A DNA stretch of 64,000 nucleotides from positions 576,001 through 640,000 of the forward strand of contig CAWEMM010000009.1 of NCBI GenBank assembly GCA_963810095.1, given 5' to 3'. The DNA is from an uncultured Chloroflexia bacterium (GTDB lineage Bacteria; Chloroflexota; Anaerolineae; CG2-30-64-16). This document shows positions 10,719-22,030 of this stretch, in pieces. The notes below the pieces were generated by a model. It made no database searches and was not told where the DNA came from. It saw nothing but the letters and a program-made list of their open reading frames with translations. The position numbers and the translations under genes are program-made. Within the stretch, counting starts at the first letter, position 1. Each line of letters starts with the position of its first letter.

Positions 10719-10786
10719 GCCACAAAGGGCATGAAGCCACGAGGCCCAAGATCGGGGCGTCCGCGGTGCCCTTTTGTCTTTGTGGT
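10719..10786. repeat. Palindromic intergenic repeat, CAC(A/G)AAG family
   Basis: CCACAAAGGGCATGAAGCCACGAGG...CCCTTTTGTCTTTGTGG. Confidence 0.5.
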
Positions 10787-10797
10787 AACCGCGCCCG

Positions 10798-11808
10798 TTA
10801 ACGGCGCCTCCGGATCGTGTCGAGCCAAACGGCCAGGACGACGATCAGGCCCGTGACGACGATCTGCCATTCGGGCGGCACCGACATGATCTTTAGCCCG
10901 TTCGATAAGGTGCTGATGAGGAAGGCGCCGATCACGGTGCCGAGAATCGTGCCTTCACCGCCGCTCAACGAGGTGCCGCCGATAACTGCCGCGGCAATCG
11001 CGTCCAGCTCGTAGCCCTGGCCGAGCGAGGGCTGGGCCGAATTGATGCGCGAGGCCATCACGATGCCCGCCAGGCCCGCAAAGAACCCCGTCGTCATGTA
11101 GACCAGGATCTTCCACCGGTTGACGTTGACGCCGGAAAGGCGGGCGGCTTCTTCGTTGCTGCCCAACGCGAAGGTGTACCGACCGAGTACGGTCTTCGAG
11201 AGAATCAGACTGGCGACGATCGCGGCGCCGAAGAAGATCAAGACCGCATTGTTGATCGTCAATCCCGGGATGATGCGGTTGAGGTTCAGTAGGGAGCCCA
11301 TCGCGATCTGGTTGAACGCCGGGTTCTGGTCGAAGTAGATGGGCTTAACCTGGGCGATCACCAGCGAGAGGCCCTTCGCGACGTTCAGCATACCGAGGGT
11401 TGCGATGAAGGGCGGCAGCTTGGCCCGCGCAATCAGGAAGCCGTTCACGAAGCCCGCTAACAGACCCGTAGCCAGGCCGGCCAACAATCCGATCGGAATG
11501 GGTACGCCCCAGTCGGTGATCACCTTGCCCATCATGACTGTCGTTAGCGTCATCACCGTGCCGACCGAGAGGTCGATACCGCCGGTGATAATCGCGAACG
11601 TCACGCCGATGGCCAGGATGCCGTTGACGGCCGTCGCGATCAGGATGCCGCTCACGTTGGCGCCCGTGAGGAAATACGGCGACGCCAGGGAGAAGAAGAT
11701 GATCATCAGGATCAGCGCACCGAACGCCAGGATGCGCTGTGCCGCGTCCGAGCGCAGAATGGAGGTCTTTTGAGCGGGAGTCTGACTTGTCGCTGTCTTA
11801 GTCGTCAT
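10798..11808 (-). CDS. Sugar ABC transporter permease (RbsC family)
   Basis: GGIDLSVG, PPFIATLG, GSNEEAARLSG, YELDAIAAAVIGGTSL.GG. Confidence 0.95.
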   Translation of the reverse strand: MTTKTATSQTPAQKTSILRSDAAQRILAFGALILMIIFFSLASPYFLTGANVSGILIATAVNGILAIGVTFAIITGGIDLSVGTVMTLTTVMMGKVITDWGVPIPIGLLAGLATGLLAGFVNGFLIARAKLPPFIATLGMLNVAKGLSLVIAQVKPIYFDQNPAFNQIAMGSLLNLNRIIPGLTINNAVLIFFGAAIVASLILSKTVLGRYTFALGSNEEAARLSGVNVNRWKILVYMTTGFFAGLAGIVMASRINSAQPSLGQGYELDAIAAAVIGGTSLSGGEGTILGTVIGAFLISTLSNGLKIMSVPPEWQIVVTGLIVVLAVWLDTIRRRR

Positions 11809-11809
11809 A

Positions 11810-13375
11810 TCAGGCAACCTCGGCTTCCGTCTGGGCAGGCTCGCCGTTCGTCACCACGGTCTGCGTGCGCTGGGTGGCATAGGTCATAATGCGTTCCTGG
11901 GTGGCTTCCGCTGCCGTGAGCTCGCCCGTCATGCGGCCCTCGCACATCACCAGGATGCGATGGCTCATGCGCAGGATTTCGGGCAGTTCCGACGAGATCA
12001 TGATGATCGCTTTGCCTTGCTGGGCCAGATCATTGAGCAACCGGTAGATTTCGCTCTTCGCCCCGACGTCGATGCCGCGGGTGGGTTCGTCGAAGATCAG
12101 CACGTCCGTGTCGGCGGTCAGCCACTTGCCAATAATGACCTTTTGCTGGTTGCCGCCCGATAGGTTCTGGACCTTCTGGCCCAGTCCCGGCGTCTTGATC
12201 GACAGGGCTTCCACATGTTTGCGGGCCACTTCGCGAGTGCCGTTCGTGTTCACCCAGCCCAGCGGCCCGAGGAACCGGCGGAACGTGGCGAGCACGATGT
12301 TCGTCTCGACGTCCATCTTCAGCGCCAGGCCGTACCGTTTGCGGTCCTCGGACAGGTATGCGATGCCCGCACTCACGGCGTCGCTGGGCGACTTGATGTG
12401 CGCTGGCTTGCCGTGCACGAGGACTTCGCCCGAGTCGATCGGATCTGCGCCGAAGATGGCCCGCGCCACCTCGGTGCGTCCCGCGCCCACCAGCCCGGCA
12501 ATGCCCAGGATCTCGCCCCGTTTCAGTTGGAAGCTGACATCCCTGATCGCCTGTCCGCGGTTGAGGTTGCGCACTTCAAGCACGACCTCGTCGCTCGGCT
12601 TCTCGGGCACTTCGGGCGCCGCCTCGAAGATCGTGCGGCCCACCATCAGGCTGATGATCTTGTCGAGCGTGACGTCCGAGGTGTTTACCGTGTCGATCGT
12701 GCGGCCGTCGCGCATGACCGTGATCCGGTCCGAGATTTGCTTGAGCTCTTCCAGGCGGTGAGAGATGTGAACGACGCCCACGCCCGTTTCCCTAAGCTGG
12801 CGCACGATGCGGAACAACTCGACGATCTCAGTGTCGGTGAGGGCGGCCGTGGGCTCGTCCATCACGAGCACGCTGGAGTTGAAAGAGAGGGCCTTGGCGA
12901 TCTCGACCATCTGCTGTTTGGCGACGGTGAGCTCGGCCACTTTGACGCGGGGATCGAGCTTGAGGTGCAAGTCATCAAAGAGTCTGACCGCCGCCTCATT
13001 GATGCCTTTTTCATTGAGCACGATCTTCGCGGCGCCGCGCGGCTCGCGACCGATGAAGATGTTTTGGGCGACCGTGAGGTGGGGCATCAGGTTCAGTTCC
13101 TGGTGGATGATGCTGATGCCCAAATCCTGCGCCGCACGCGGGCTGGGAATGCTCACTTCCTGGCCCTTATAGACGATCCGCCCCGCGTCCTTCGAGTAGA
13201 CGCCGGCCAGGATCTTCATCAAGGTCGATTTCCCGGCCCCGTTCTCGCCCACCAACGCGTGGATTTCGCCGCCCTGCAGCTCAAACCGCGCTTTGTCCAG
13301 GGCATGAACGCCGGGAAAACTCTTGTCGATTCCTTCCATTAGAACTACGGCGGGCACGCCGGCGGAATCGCCCAT
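11810..13375 (-). CDS. Sugar ABC transporter ATP-binding protein (RbsA family)
   Basis: [33 protein letters not shown]. Confidence 0.95.
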   Translation of the reverse strand: MGDSAGVPAVVLMEGIDKSFPGVHALDKARFELQGGEIHALVGENGAGKSTLMKILAGVYSKDAGRIVYKGQEVSIPSPRAAQDLGISIIHQELNLMPHLTVAQNIFIGREPRGAAKIVLNEKGINEAAVRLFDDLHLKLDPRVKVAELTVAKQQMVEIAKALSFNSSVLVMDEPTAALTDTEIVELFRIVRQLRETGVGVVHISHRLEELKQISDRITVMRDGRTIDTVNTSDVTLDKIISLMVGRTIFEAAPEVPEKPSDEVVLEVRNLNRGQAIRDVSFQLKRGEILGIAGLVGAGRTEVARAIFGADPIDSGEVLVHGKPAHIKSPSDAVSAGIAYLSEDRKRYGLALKMDVETNIVLATFRRFLGPLGWVNTNGTREVARKHVEALSIKTPGLGQKVQNLSGGNQQKVIIGKWLTADTDVLIFDEPTRGIDVGAKSEIYRLLNDLAQQGKAIIMISSELPEILRMSHRILVMCEGRMTGELTAAEATQERIMTYATQRTQTVVTNGEPAQTEAEVA

Positions 13376-13492
13376 GGACAGCCTCTGCATCTTCGAAGGA
13401 TTGAAAAACGTCTTTGCTCTTTGCGGCTCGCACCGTTGGAAACGACCGGGGAGTCGCGCACCGGCGGCCAGTGGGATGCCAAGCGGCCGGAG

Positions 13493-13531
13493 TGTTACGG
13501 GTAACATAGCACAGCGATAGGGAGTTGTCAA
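13493..13531 (-). promoter_or_regulatory. Sigma70 promoter of the sugar ABC operon with overlapping LacI-type palindrome
   Basis: Minus strand TTGACA-N17-TATGTT; palindrome TGTTAC-gg-GTAACA at 13493-13506 overlaps the -10. Confidence 0.6.
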
Positions 13532-13643
13532 GCCTTTCGGCGAGCCGCTTTGACGCGCGCGCTGCGGGCGCCTCGCACTGGGGCAGAAGGCTACGCTGTG
13601 CTAGAATCCGCAGACCATCACCGTACAACCCAAGGAGAAAACC

Positions 13644-14327
13644 ATGGACTACACCTACCTCGACATCGCCAAGATGATCGATCACTCACTCCTGCGGCCG
13701 TTCTACAACGACGAAGAACTCGAAGCAGGCTGCCGGTTGGCGCTGGACTACCGGGTGGCAAGCGTGTGCATCAAGCCGTATTACTTGAAACGGGCCGCCG
13801 AGTTGCTGCAGGGCACCGACGTCAAAGCCACCACCACGATCGGCTTTCCCCACGGCGGACACACGACCGCCATCAAGGTGGCAGAGGCCGAACAGGCCCT
13901 GGCAGACGGCGCGCAGGAACTCGACATGGTGATCAACATCGGCAAGGCGCTGAGCCGTGACTGGGCCTACGTGTGCGACGACATAGCGGCCGTGGTGCAG
14001 GCGGCCCATGCAGGCGGCGCACTGGCCAAGGTCATCTTCGAGAACTGTTACCTGCAGGACGAACACCGGATCGAGCTCTGCCGCATCTGCGGTGAAGTGG
14101 GCGCGGACTGGGTGAAGACGTCCACGGGTTACGGCTCGGGCGGCGCAGTGATGGCCGACCTGCGCCTGATGCGGCAGGTTGCGCCTCCGCACGTGCAGGT
14201 CAAGGCCGCGGGTGGCATCAGCACGCTCGACCTCGCCCTCGAAGTCCGCGCCATCGGCTGCACGCGATTCGGGACGCTGCAGACCGTCGAGATCCTTGAA
14301 GAGTGCAAGCGCCGGCTCGCGGGCTGA
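13644..14327 (+). CDS. deoC: Deoxyribose-phosphate aldolase
   Basis: IDHSLLRP, IGFPHG, ELDMVIN, KVIFE, VKTSTG, VKAAGG. Confidence 0.95.
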   Translation: MDYTYLDIAKMIDHSLLRPFYNDEELEAGCRLALDYRVASVCIKPYYLKRAAELLQGTDVKATTTIGFPHGGHTTAIKVAEAEQALADGAQELDMVINIGKALSRDWAYVCDDIAAVVQAAHAGGALAKVIFENCYLQDEHRIELCRICGEVGADWVKTSTGYGSGGAVMADLRLMRQVAPPHVQVKAAGGISTLDLALEVRAIGCTRFGTLQTVEILEECKRRLAG

Positions 14328-14341
14328 CGGCTGGAGGCGAC

Positions 14342-15418
14342 ATGCGTCATTACCACGTTGCGTTACTGCCCGGCGATGGGATCGGGCACGAGGTCTGCCC
14401 GGAAGGCGTCAAGGTGCTGGCCGCGGCCGGCAACCTACTGGGCTTCCAGATCGAACACGAAGCGTTCCCCTGGGGCTGCGAGTATTATCTGCAGCACGGC
14501 GAAATGATGCCGAGGGATGCGCTCAAGACGTTGGAGTCCTTCGACGCGATTTACTTTGGTGCGGTGGGCTTCCCGTCCGTGCCCGACCATATTTCCCTCC
14601 ACGGCCTGCTGCTGCCCATCCGCCAGGGCTTCGAGCAGTATGCGAACGTGCGGCCGTGCCTGCTCCTGCCTGGAGTACCCTGTCCACTCAAGGGCAAGGG
14701 GCCCGGCGACATCGACTTCGTCATGGTGCGTGAGAATACCGAGGGCGAATACGCGGGCGCTGGGGGTCGCATCCACCGGGGCGCGCCCCTGGAGCTGGCC
14801 GTCGAGACGGCGGTCTTTACGCGTGAGGGGGTCGAGCGCGTCGTGCGCTACGCATCTGAGCTCGCAATGGCGCGGCCGCGCAAACGCCTCGTGAACGTGA
14901 CGAAGTCAAACGCACAGCGCCATTCGATGGTGCTCTGGGACGAGCTGTTCGACCGGGTGACGGGCGCGTACCCGGGCCTGCAGACCGAGCGCATGCTGGT
15001 CGACGCGATGGCCGCCCGCTTCGTCCTTAAGCCGGAGAGCCTGGATGTGCTGGTCGCCTCGAACCTGTTTGCCGACATCTTGAGCGACCTGGGTAGCGCG
15101 ATCTGCGGCAGTATGGGCCTGGCCCCCAGCGCAAACATCAACCCCGAGCGCAAGTACCCGTCGCTCTTCGAGCCCGTGCACGGCTCCGCGCCCGACATAG
15201 CCGGGCGTGGCATCGCGAACCCCATCGCGGCGATCTGGAGCGGTGCGATGATGCTCGACTTTCTGGGCGAGAAGGACGCCGCGACCGCGATTATGGACGC
15301 GATCGGGGCCGTGACGGGCGAGGGCAGGGTGCTCACGCCTGACCTGGGCGGCCGGGCGCGGACGAGCGAGGTCGGAGACGAAGTCGTTGCGAAGCTAAAG
15401 ACGCTAGCAGACCGTTAG
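14342..15418 (+). CDS. Tartrate/D-malate dehydrogenase (isocitrate/isopropylmalate dehydrogenase family)
   Basis: PGDGIG.EV, PDHISL.GLL, RENTEGEY, TKSN, EPVHGSAPDI. Confidence 0.88.
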   Translation: MRHYHVALLPGDGIGHEVCPEGVKVLAAAGNLLGFQIEHEAFPWGCEYYLQHGEMMPRDALKTLESFDAIYFGAVGFPSVPDHISLHGLLLPIRQGFEQYANVRPCLLLPGVPCPLKGKGPGDIDFVMVRENTEGEYAGAGGRIHRGAPLELAVETAVFTREGVERVVRYASELAMARPRKRLVNVTKSNAQRHSMVLWDELFDRVTGAYPGLQTERMLVDAMAARFVLKPESLDVLVASNLFADILSDLGSAICGSMGLAPSANINPERKYPSLFEPVHGSAPDIAGRGIANPIAAIWSGAMMLDFLGEKDAATAIMDAIGAVTGEGRVLTPDLGGRARTSEVGDEVVAKLKTLADR

Positions 15419-16131
15419 TGAGCGGGAAGCGCTGGCCGTCCCAGGCGGCGGATGGCGTTTGCGATCTCTTGCGGCAACTTGTGGCGTGCGAGCGGGTTTT
15501 GCCATAGCGTGATCTCTCCCGCTTCGCGCACCACAATCCCACTCAGCCGGCTATACCGCCTAAGGAAGTCACCCGCATCCTCGTAACCGAAGCGCGCAAA
15601 GAAGGCGTCCTCCTTGCGCTCTGCCAACACGCGCAGGACAGACGTCGCGCCGGTCACTTCGGCCTCGGGAAGCTCCCGGTCTGATGCCAACCACAGCAGG
15701 TTGACGATGCGTGGCGGCATCTGCGCGGCTTTGTCGCACAGGACGGCAACGAGCTTGGCGGTGCGCGTCTGAGCGTCTCCGTCGCCAAGGTCGGTGTCCC
15801 GGATATGGCGGACCTCGACGTTGAACGGGGTATGGGTCTTGAACATGACGGTAAAATCCGGGCCCCGCTGCTTCAGAGCGGCGTAGTTTTCGTACTCGAC
15901 AGTGAATCGCTCGTCGTGCAGCAGCAGTTCGGCAACCGCCAGCTCGGCTCGCAGGTCCTGCATGCCGCCAGCGTCGCGCACGTTCTTCAACTTGGCGCGT
16001 ATCTTCGTGCGATAGCTGGTGGCGAACGCCCGAAAGCGGCGCGACCCTCGCACCCAGCGCTCGAAGTCAGCATACAGTGCCTGGCTGTTGCCGTCGAAGA
16101 TACCCGCCAGCAAGTCGTCGAGTTCTGCCAT
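15415..16131 (-). CDS. Hypothetical protein, possible PD-(D/E)XK-like fold
   Basis: 238-aa ORF downstream of gltB with GPDF...NVEVR. Confidence 0.6.
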   Translation of the reverse strand: MAELDDLLAGIFDGNSQALYADFERWVRGSRRFRAFATSYRTKIRAKLKNVRDAGGMQDLRAELAVAELLLHDERFTVEYENYAALKQRGPDFTVMFKTHTPFNVEVRHIRDTDLGDGDAQTRTAKLVAVLCDKAAQMPPRIVNLLWLASDRELPEAEVTGATSVLRVLAERKEDAFFARFGYEDAGDFLRRYSRLSGIVVREAGEITLWQNPLARHKLPQEIANAIRRLGRPALPAH

Positions 16132-16185
16132 CTACAACCTGCACTCGTCAGTCAGGTGATTCGCCAGGTATCCGTCCTGCTGCAC

Positions 16186-19100
16186 TCACGCCTTCTCCGG
16201 CGCCTCTTCTCCTTCCGTCACACCCTCGTTCGCGGCCTCGAGCGCGGCGACCTGCTCCACCGGTGCGACCTTCCAGAACAGCGGCAGGTGCGTTTCCCAG
16301 CCCGCCAGGATTTCTTGCGCGCGTGGGCTACCAGTCCGGTCCGCGTGCCGTTCCAGCATCTGGCGCAGCTCCGCCCGGTCTTCGGCCCGCTCCACCTTCC
16401 TGAGGCACACGAGCTGTGTGTTCGCCCGCTCTGGCAGAACGCCGAGCCGGTCATATACGTAAGCGGCGCCGCCCGTCATGCCCGCGCCGAAGTTGCGCCC
16501 CGTCTTGCCCAGCACGACGACGATGCCGCCGGTCATATACTCGCACCCGTGATCGCCCACGCCTTCGACGACGGCCCGTGCGCCCGAGTTGCGCACGGCA
16601 AACCGCTCGCCGGCCCGGCCCGCGGCATAAAGCTCGCCCGCCGTCGCACCGTAAAGCGCCGTGTTGCCCAGGATGACATTATGATGCCAGACGAATTTTG
16701 CCTCGGCGTGGGGACGAATGACGATCTCGCCGCCCGCCAGCCCCTTGCCCACGTAGTCGTTGGCCTGGCCCGTCAGGTCCAGCTTCACGCCGTGAATGGT
16801 GAAGGCGCCGAAGCTCTGGCCCGCGGTGCCGGTCAGGTTGACGCAAATCGAGCCCTCGGCCAATCCCGCATCGCCATACGCTTGCGCCAGCGCGCCCGAC
16901 AGTTTGGCCCCCACGGTCCGGTCGGTGTTTGCAATGCGATAAGCGAGCGAGACCGTCGGCGTTGCCTGAGCTCCGCTCAGGGTCGAGACTCCCAAGCTCT
17001 GGGCCTGCGCCAGCCCGGCCAGCGCATCGTCCGTCAACTGGTCGCCGAGGGGCGAATGTTGCAGCAGTCGGTTCCGACCCTCCACGTTCCGCCGCGCGTA
17101 GCCGGTGTCGGGCGCCCACAGCAGCGGCGCGAGGTCCATGTGGCCGGCATCCGCCCCCACAACCGCCTGCTGCAATAGGTCGGCATGCCCGATGATCTCG
17201 TCGAGCGAGGTCGCTCCGAGACCCGCCAGGATTTCGCGCACCTCCTCGGCCACGTGGATCAGGAACGCCATGACCATTTCGGGTTTGCCTGGGAACTTCC
17301 GGCGCAAGTCTTCACGCTGCGTGGCAATCCCCACCGGGCAGGTGTTGTTGTGGCAGGCGCGTGCCATCTTGCAGCCCGCGGCGACCAGCGCGGCCGTGCC
17401 GAAGGAGAATTCGTCGGCCCCGAGCAGCGCCCCGATCACGACGTCGCGGCCCGCCTTGAAGCCGCCGTCGACCCGGACGCGCACCCGGCCCCGCAAGCCA
17501 TTGACCAGCAGCGTCTGCTGCGTTTCTGCCAGCCCCACCTCCCACGGCGCCCCGGCATTCTTGATCGAGCTGAGCGGCGACGCGCCGGTTCCGCCGTTGT
17601 ACCCGCTCAGGTGAACCAGGTCGGCGCCGCCTTTCGCCACCCCCGCTGCGACCGTACCCACCCCCGCTTCGGCCACCAGCTTCACCGAAATCGCCGCGCC
17701 GGGGTTGGCCTGCTTGAGGTCAAAAATGAGCTGGGCCAGGTCTTCGATCGAGTAAATGTCGTGGTGGGGAGGCGGCGAGATCAGCGCAACGCCGGGCGTC
17801 GTGTGACGGATGCGGGCAATCTCGACGCTCACCTTGTGGCCGGGCAACTGACCACCCTCGCCCGGCTTCGAGCCCTGGGCCATCTTGATCTGCAGCTCGT
17901 CGGCCGACATGAGGTAGGCCGGCGTGACGCCGAAGCGGCCGGAAGCCACCTGCTTGATCCGGCTGTTGCGCTCGGTGCCGTAACGCGCCGGGTCTTCGCC
18001 GCCCTCGCCGCTGTTCGCCTTGCCGCCCAGCCGGTTCATGGCCACCGTCAGCACCTCATGGGCCTCGGCGCTCAGCGCCCCGTGCGACATGGCTGCCGAC
18101 GAGAAGCGCCGGAGGATCGCCTCCACAGGCTCGACCTCGTCCAGGCTGACCGGCGCGCGCGACGCCGTGTTGAGGGCCAGTAGGTCGCGCAGCTCCACCG
18201 CCGGGCGCTCCTGCACCAGCCGGGCGTACGTGCGATAGGCGTCCCGGGTCTCGTCCGTCGCCCCGCCGCCTACTGCGCCCGCAGGACCCTTGCGAAGGCC
18301 CACCACCGCATGCAGCGCGCTCACCACTTCCGGGCTGAAGGCGTGCTGCTCGCCGCCCCGGCGGCTTTTGTAGAAGCCGTAGCTGTCCAGCGCAGGCTGG
18401 TGGAGCGTCCCGTTCGACTTCGGGAATGCGTTCCGGTGCCACTCCAAGACGTCGCGGGCGAGTTCTTCGTACCCGATCCCGCCCAGCCGATAGTTGTCGG
18501 TCCCAGCGAAGCACTCCTTCAGCAGCTCGTCGCCGACGCCTAGCGCCTCGAAGATCTGCGCACCGCAGTAGGCGTCAAGCGTGGCAATCCCCATCTTGGA
18601 CATCACCTTCAGGATGCCCTTTTCGACCGCCTTCGTGAAGTTCTTGCAGGCCGCCGCGAAATCGATTCCCGCCGCTTGTCGACCGCCTTCTGCCAGCATG
18701 CCCTCGATTGCGCGGAAGGCCAGCCAGGGGTTGATCGCGTTGGCACCGTAACCAATCAAGGCTGCGAAATGGTGCACCTCGCGCGGCTCGCCGCTCTCGA
18801 CGATGAGGCCCGCGTGCATCCGCTCGCCCGCGTCGATGAGCGCATGGTGGACCGCCGAGACCACCAGCAGCGACGGCAGCGGCGCGCGCGCAGCTGTGAC
18901 GTTCCGGTCGGACAGAATCAGGAGCGTGGCGCCCGCCACGACCGCGGATACCGCTTGCGCACAGACCCGTGTGACTGCCCGGCGCAGCCCGGAAACGCCC
19001 TCGCTGATGGCCCAGGTGCAGTCGACGCTTGCCGTCCTGAAGACGTCGAGGCGCGAGTCCCTTGCCGCTCGCCTGGCCAGCCTGTCGGACGGCAGGCCAA

Positions 19101-20899
19101 CGCCCAACTCGTCACTGCCCCTGGGCCCGCGCAACGCGGTCAGCGCAGCGAGGTCGTCGTCGCTGAGGATCGGGCTGTGGATCTCGAGCAGCCGAGCCGC
19201 TTCGGGCGTTTCAGTCAGCAGGCAGCCTCGCCGTCCCAGCACCTGGGACAGCGACATGACGAGCTCCTCGCGGAGCGAGTCGATGGGCGGGTTGGTCACT
19301 TCTGCGAAGCGCTGCTTGAAATAGTGGAACAACGGCCGCGGGACGTCGGAGATAGCGGCCGCGGGCGTGTCGTCACCCATCGACCCAATCGCCTCGCGCC
19401 CTTCGCGCCACATCGGCCGGAGCACGACGAGAAGCTCTTCGCGGGTGTAGCCGAACGCGGCTTCCAGCGCATCCAGAGAGATGCCGGGGCGCGGCTGCGG
19501 CACATGCGGCGCGGCAGGCGAGGGGAAGGTGCGCTGCCCGGCATCGCGCTGCCAACGTACGTCCTCCAGCGTCGTGAGGTTGTGTTCCAGCCACTCGCCG
19601 TACGGCTGCTGCTCCACGAAGCGCGCCACGATCGCCGCATCGTTCTCGATGCGGCCCAGATTCGTGTCGACCGCCAGCATCTCGCCCGGCCGCAGACGGC
19701 CCTTCTGCACGACCCGCGCCTCGTCCACCATCGATCGCGCCCGCCTCAGACGACACGATGACGACGCCGTCGTCCAGGATGACGAAACGGGCCGGGCGCA
19801 GACCGTTGCGGTCCAGCACGGTCGCCGCGATGGCACCGTCGGTGAAGGTCAACGCTGCCGGGCCGTCCCAGGGTTCCTGAAGGCAGCGGTGATAGCGGTA
19901 AAAGGCCCGCTGCTGCGGCGTCACATCCGGCGCATACTCCCATGCCTTGGGCACGAGCATCATCATGGCGTGCCGGATGTCACGTCCCGACTGCACCAGC
20001 AGATCGAGCGCGTTGTCCAGCTTGGCCGAGTCGCTGCCGTGGGGCGCGATGACCGGCGCCAGCACCGCGTTTTCGTCGCCCCATGCGTCGGCGTCGCACA
20101 GATCCGCCTCGCGCGCCCGCATCCACGTCAGGTTGCCCTGGAGCGTGTTGATCTCGCCGTTATGGCACAGCATCCGGAAGGGCTGCGCGCGCTCCCAGGT
20201 CGGGAATGTGTTTGTGCTGTACCGCTGGTGGAACACCGCGATGGCGGTCTGAAAGTCAGGATCCGTGAGGTCCATGTAGAAGTTGGGCAGTTGGGGCGCG
20301 ACGAACAGTCCCTTGTACACGATCGTTCTGCTCGACAGCGACGGCAGGTAGAAGTTCGAGATGCTCTCCGCCCAGATGCGCTGCGTGGCGTGCTTGCGCA
20401 CCAGGTACAGCTTCCGCTCGAACTCGGCGCCCGCGGCGATGCGGGCCGGGCGTGCCAGCACGATCTGTTCGATGTAGGGGCGCAGCGATTGTGCCCATTC
20501 GCCCAGCGCCTCACCATTCACAGGAACATCGCGCCAGGCGATCTGCTCGATGCCGTATTCCGCCACCGACTCTTCAAGAATCTTGCGCGCCCGCTCGCGA
20601 TGCGCCAGGTTATAGCGCGGCAGGAAGACCATACCCACCGCCAGATCGCCCGCATCCGGCACGCGCAGACCCTGCAGCGCCAAATCGCGGCCAATCATCT
20701 CGCGCGGCAGCTGCGTCAGGACGCCCGCGCCGTCGCCGCTCTTGCCGTCCGCGGCGACCGCGCCGCGGTGCGCGTGATTGGCCAGCGCGGTCAGTGCCGA
20801 AGCGAGGATCTCGTGGCTGCGCCGGCCGTCCTTCTGCGCCACAAACCCCATGCCGCACGCGTCGTGCTCGTGCTGCGGCTGATATAGCGGATAGTCCAT
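16186..20899 (-). CDS. gltB: Glutamate synthase large subunit (frameshift near 19738)
   Basis: DACGMGF N-terminal Cys, HQRYSTNT, EPWDGPA, FAEVTNPP, QIKMAQGSKPGEGG, CKMARACHNNTC, GXGXG C-terminal domain. Confidence 0.95.
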
Positions 20900-20953
20900 C
20901 TTCTCTTCCCCCGGTGCTGCAGGATCGGCAAGGCGGGTCCCTCGCGTGACCCG

Positions 20954-21002
20954 AAAACATAAAGCCCCCCGGCGCGGCTCTGTCGAGCTGCACCGGAGGG
21001 CT
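20954..21002 (-). terminator. Terminator-like hairpin in the gltB 5' leader
   Basis: Minus strand AGCCCTCCGGTGCAGCTC-gaca-GAGCCGCGCCGGGGGGCT followed by TTATGTTTT. Confidence 0.65.
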
Positions 21003-21062
21003 GCCTTGCATGCAAAAGCTTCAGCGCTCGGTGTCGACGGTGAACACGTGATTTAGGGTGCG

Positions 21063-21091
21063 AGTGTAACAGGCGCGACGAGCGATGTCAA
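21063..21091 (-). promoter_or_regulatory. Sigma70 promoter for gltB
   Basis: Minus strand TTGACA-N17-TACACT. Confidence 0.65.
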
Positions 21092-21206
21092 ACGACCGAA
21101 GCCCGGGTGAAGCACATCATACGACTGATGACACCTGTCACAAACCAGTATAAATTGTAACTAAGCGTACCGAGCAGATGCAAGACTTTGCCTTCGGAGG
21201 CCGTAA

Positions 21207-21446
21207 ATGAATGACCAGGCTGTAGCGTGTTTGATGTTTGGGATTTACGAAGCGCGAGACGGGATTATTGACCGGCGTGAGTGTTCTGTTTGTCACGGTG
21301 ACGGGTGCCCTTACGTTGTCGAAGAGCCCCAGCACGGCCCGTGCCCCCATTGTTTTGGGACGGGCATGGCGCCCGCGGCTGTATTTGAACCGAGCGACCG
21401 GATCGACGCCGTTTGTGCGCACTGTGAAGGGACCGGGCGCATCTGA
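21207..21446 (+). CDS. Small protein with three CxxCxGxG (DnaJ-type zinc-finger) motifs
   Basis: CSVCHGDG, CPHCFGTG, CAHCEGTG; GGAGG RBS. Confidence 0.7.
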   Translation: MNDQAVACLMFGIYEARDGIIDRRECSVCHGDGCPYVVEEPQHGPCPHCFGTGMAPAAVFEPSDRIDAVCAHCEGTGRI

Positions 21447-21465
21447 TCTCAGGCGGCATGATCGG

Positions 21466-21906
21466 CTATTCCTGCAGCGCCAGCAAACCGAGCAGGTAGC
21501 TTCTCGCTCCAAACCCGCTGATCTGCCCCAGACAAACGGGCGCGATCACCGAGGTGTGCCGAAACGGCTCGCGGGCATGGATGTTGCTGAGGTGCACCTC
21601 GACGCAGGGTAATGCGATCGCGGCGATGGCGTCGCGCAAGGCATACGAATAGTGGGTGAGTGCACCGGGGTTGATGAGGACGCCCCCGGCCCAGCCGCGC
21701 GCTTCGTGCAGCGCGTCGATCAGCACACCTTCGTGGTTCGACTGCAGGATGCGCAACTCGATGCCCCTGCGACCCGCCTCGGCCTCCAGCGTGGCGTTGA
21801 TCTGCGCAAGCGTGGTCGCACCGTATATCCCCGGCTCGCGCGTGCCGAGCAAGTTCAAATTGGGGCCGTGCAGCACCAGAATCCGTTTCATCGGTTGATC
21901 GTCCAT
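21466..21906 (-). CDS. aroQ: Type II 3-dehydroquinate dehydratase
   Basis: [39 protein letters not shown]. Confidence 0.97.
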   Translation of the reverse strand: MDDQPMKRILVLHGPNLNLLGTREPGIYGATTLAQINATLEAEAGRRGIELRILQSNHEGVLIDALHEARGWAGGVLINPGALTHYSYALRDAIAAIALPCVEVHLSNIHAREPFRHTSVIAPVCLGQISGFGARSYLLGLLALQE

Positions 21907-22030
21907 CAGGTATAATCTCCTCGAACCCCGCCATTCGAACCAGGTTCTTGCTCTCGAGCATCTGTGGCAGCGGTCTGCCTCCAGTTGACGCCACAAGCCG
22001 ACATGCTCTCATCACACAAGGAGTCTGCCG

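Noticed and set aside
21282-21296. CSVCH as a c-type heme motif
   Set aside because: Part of a CxxCxGxG series, and the protein has no signal peptide
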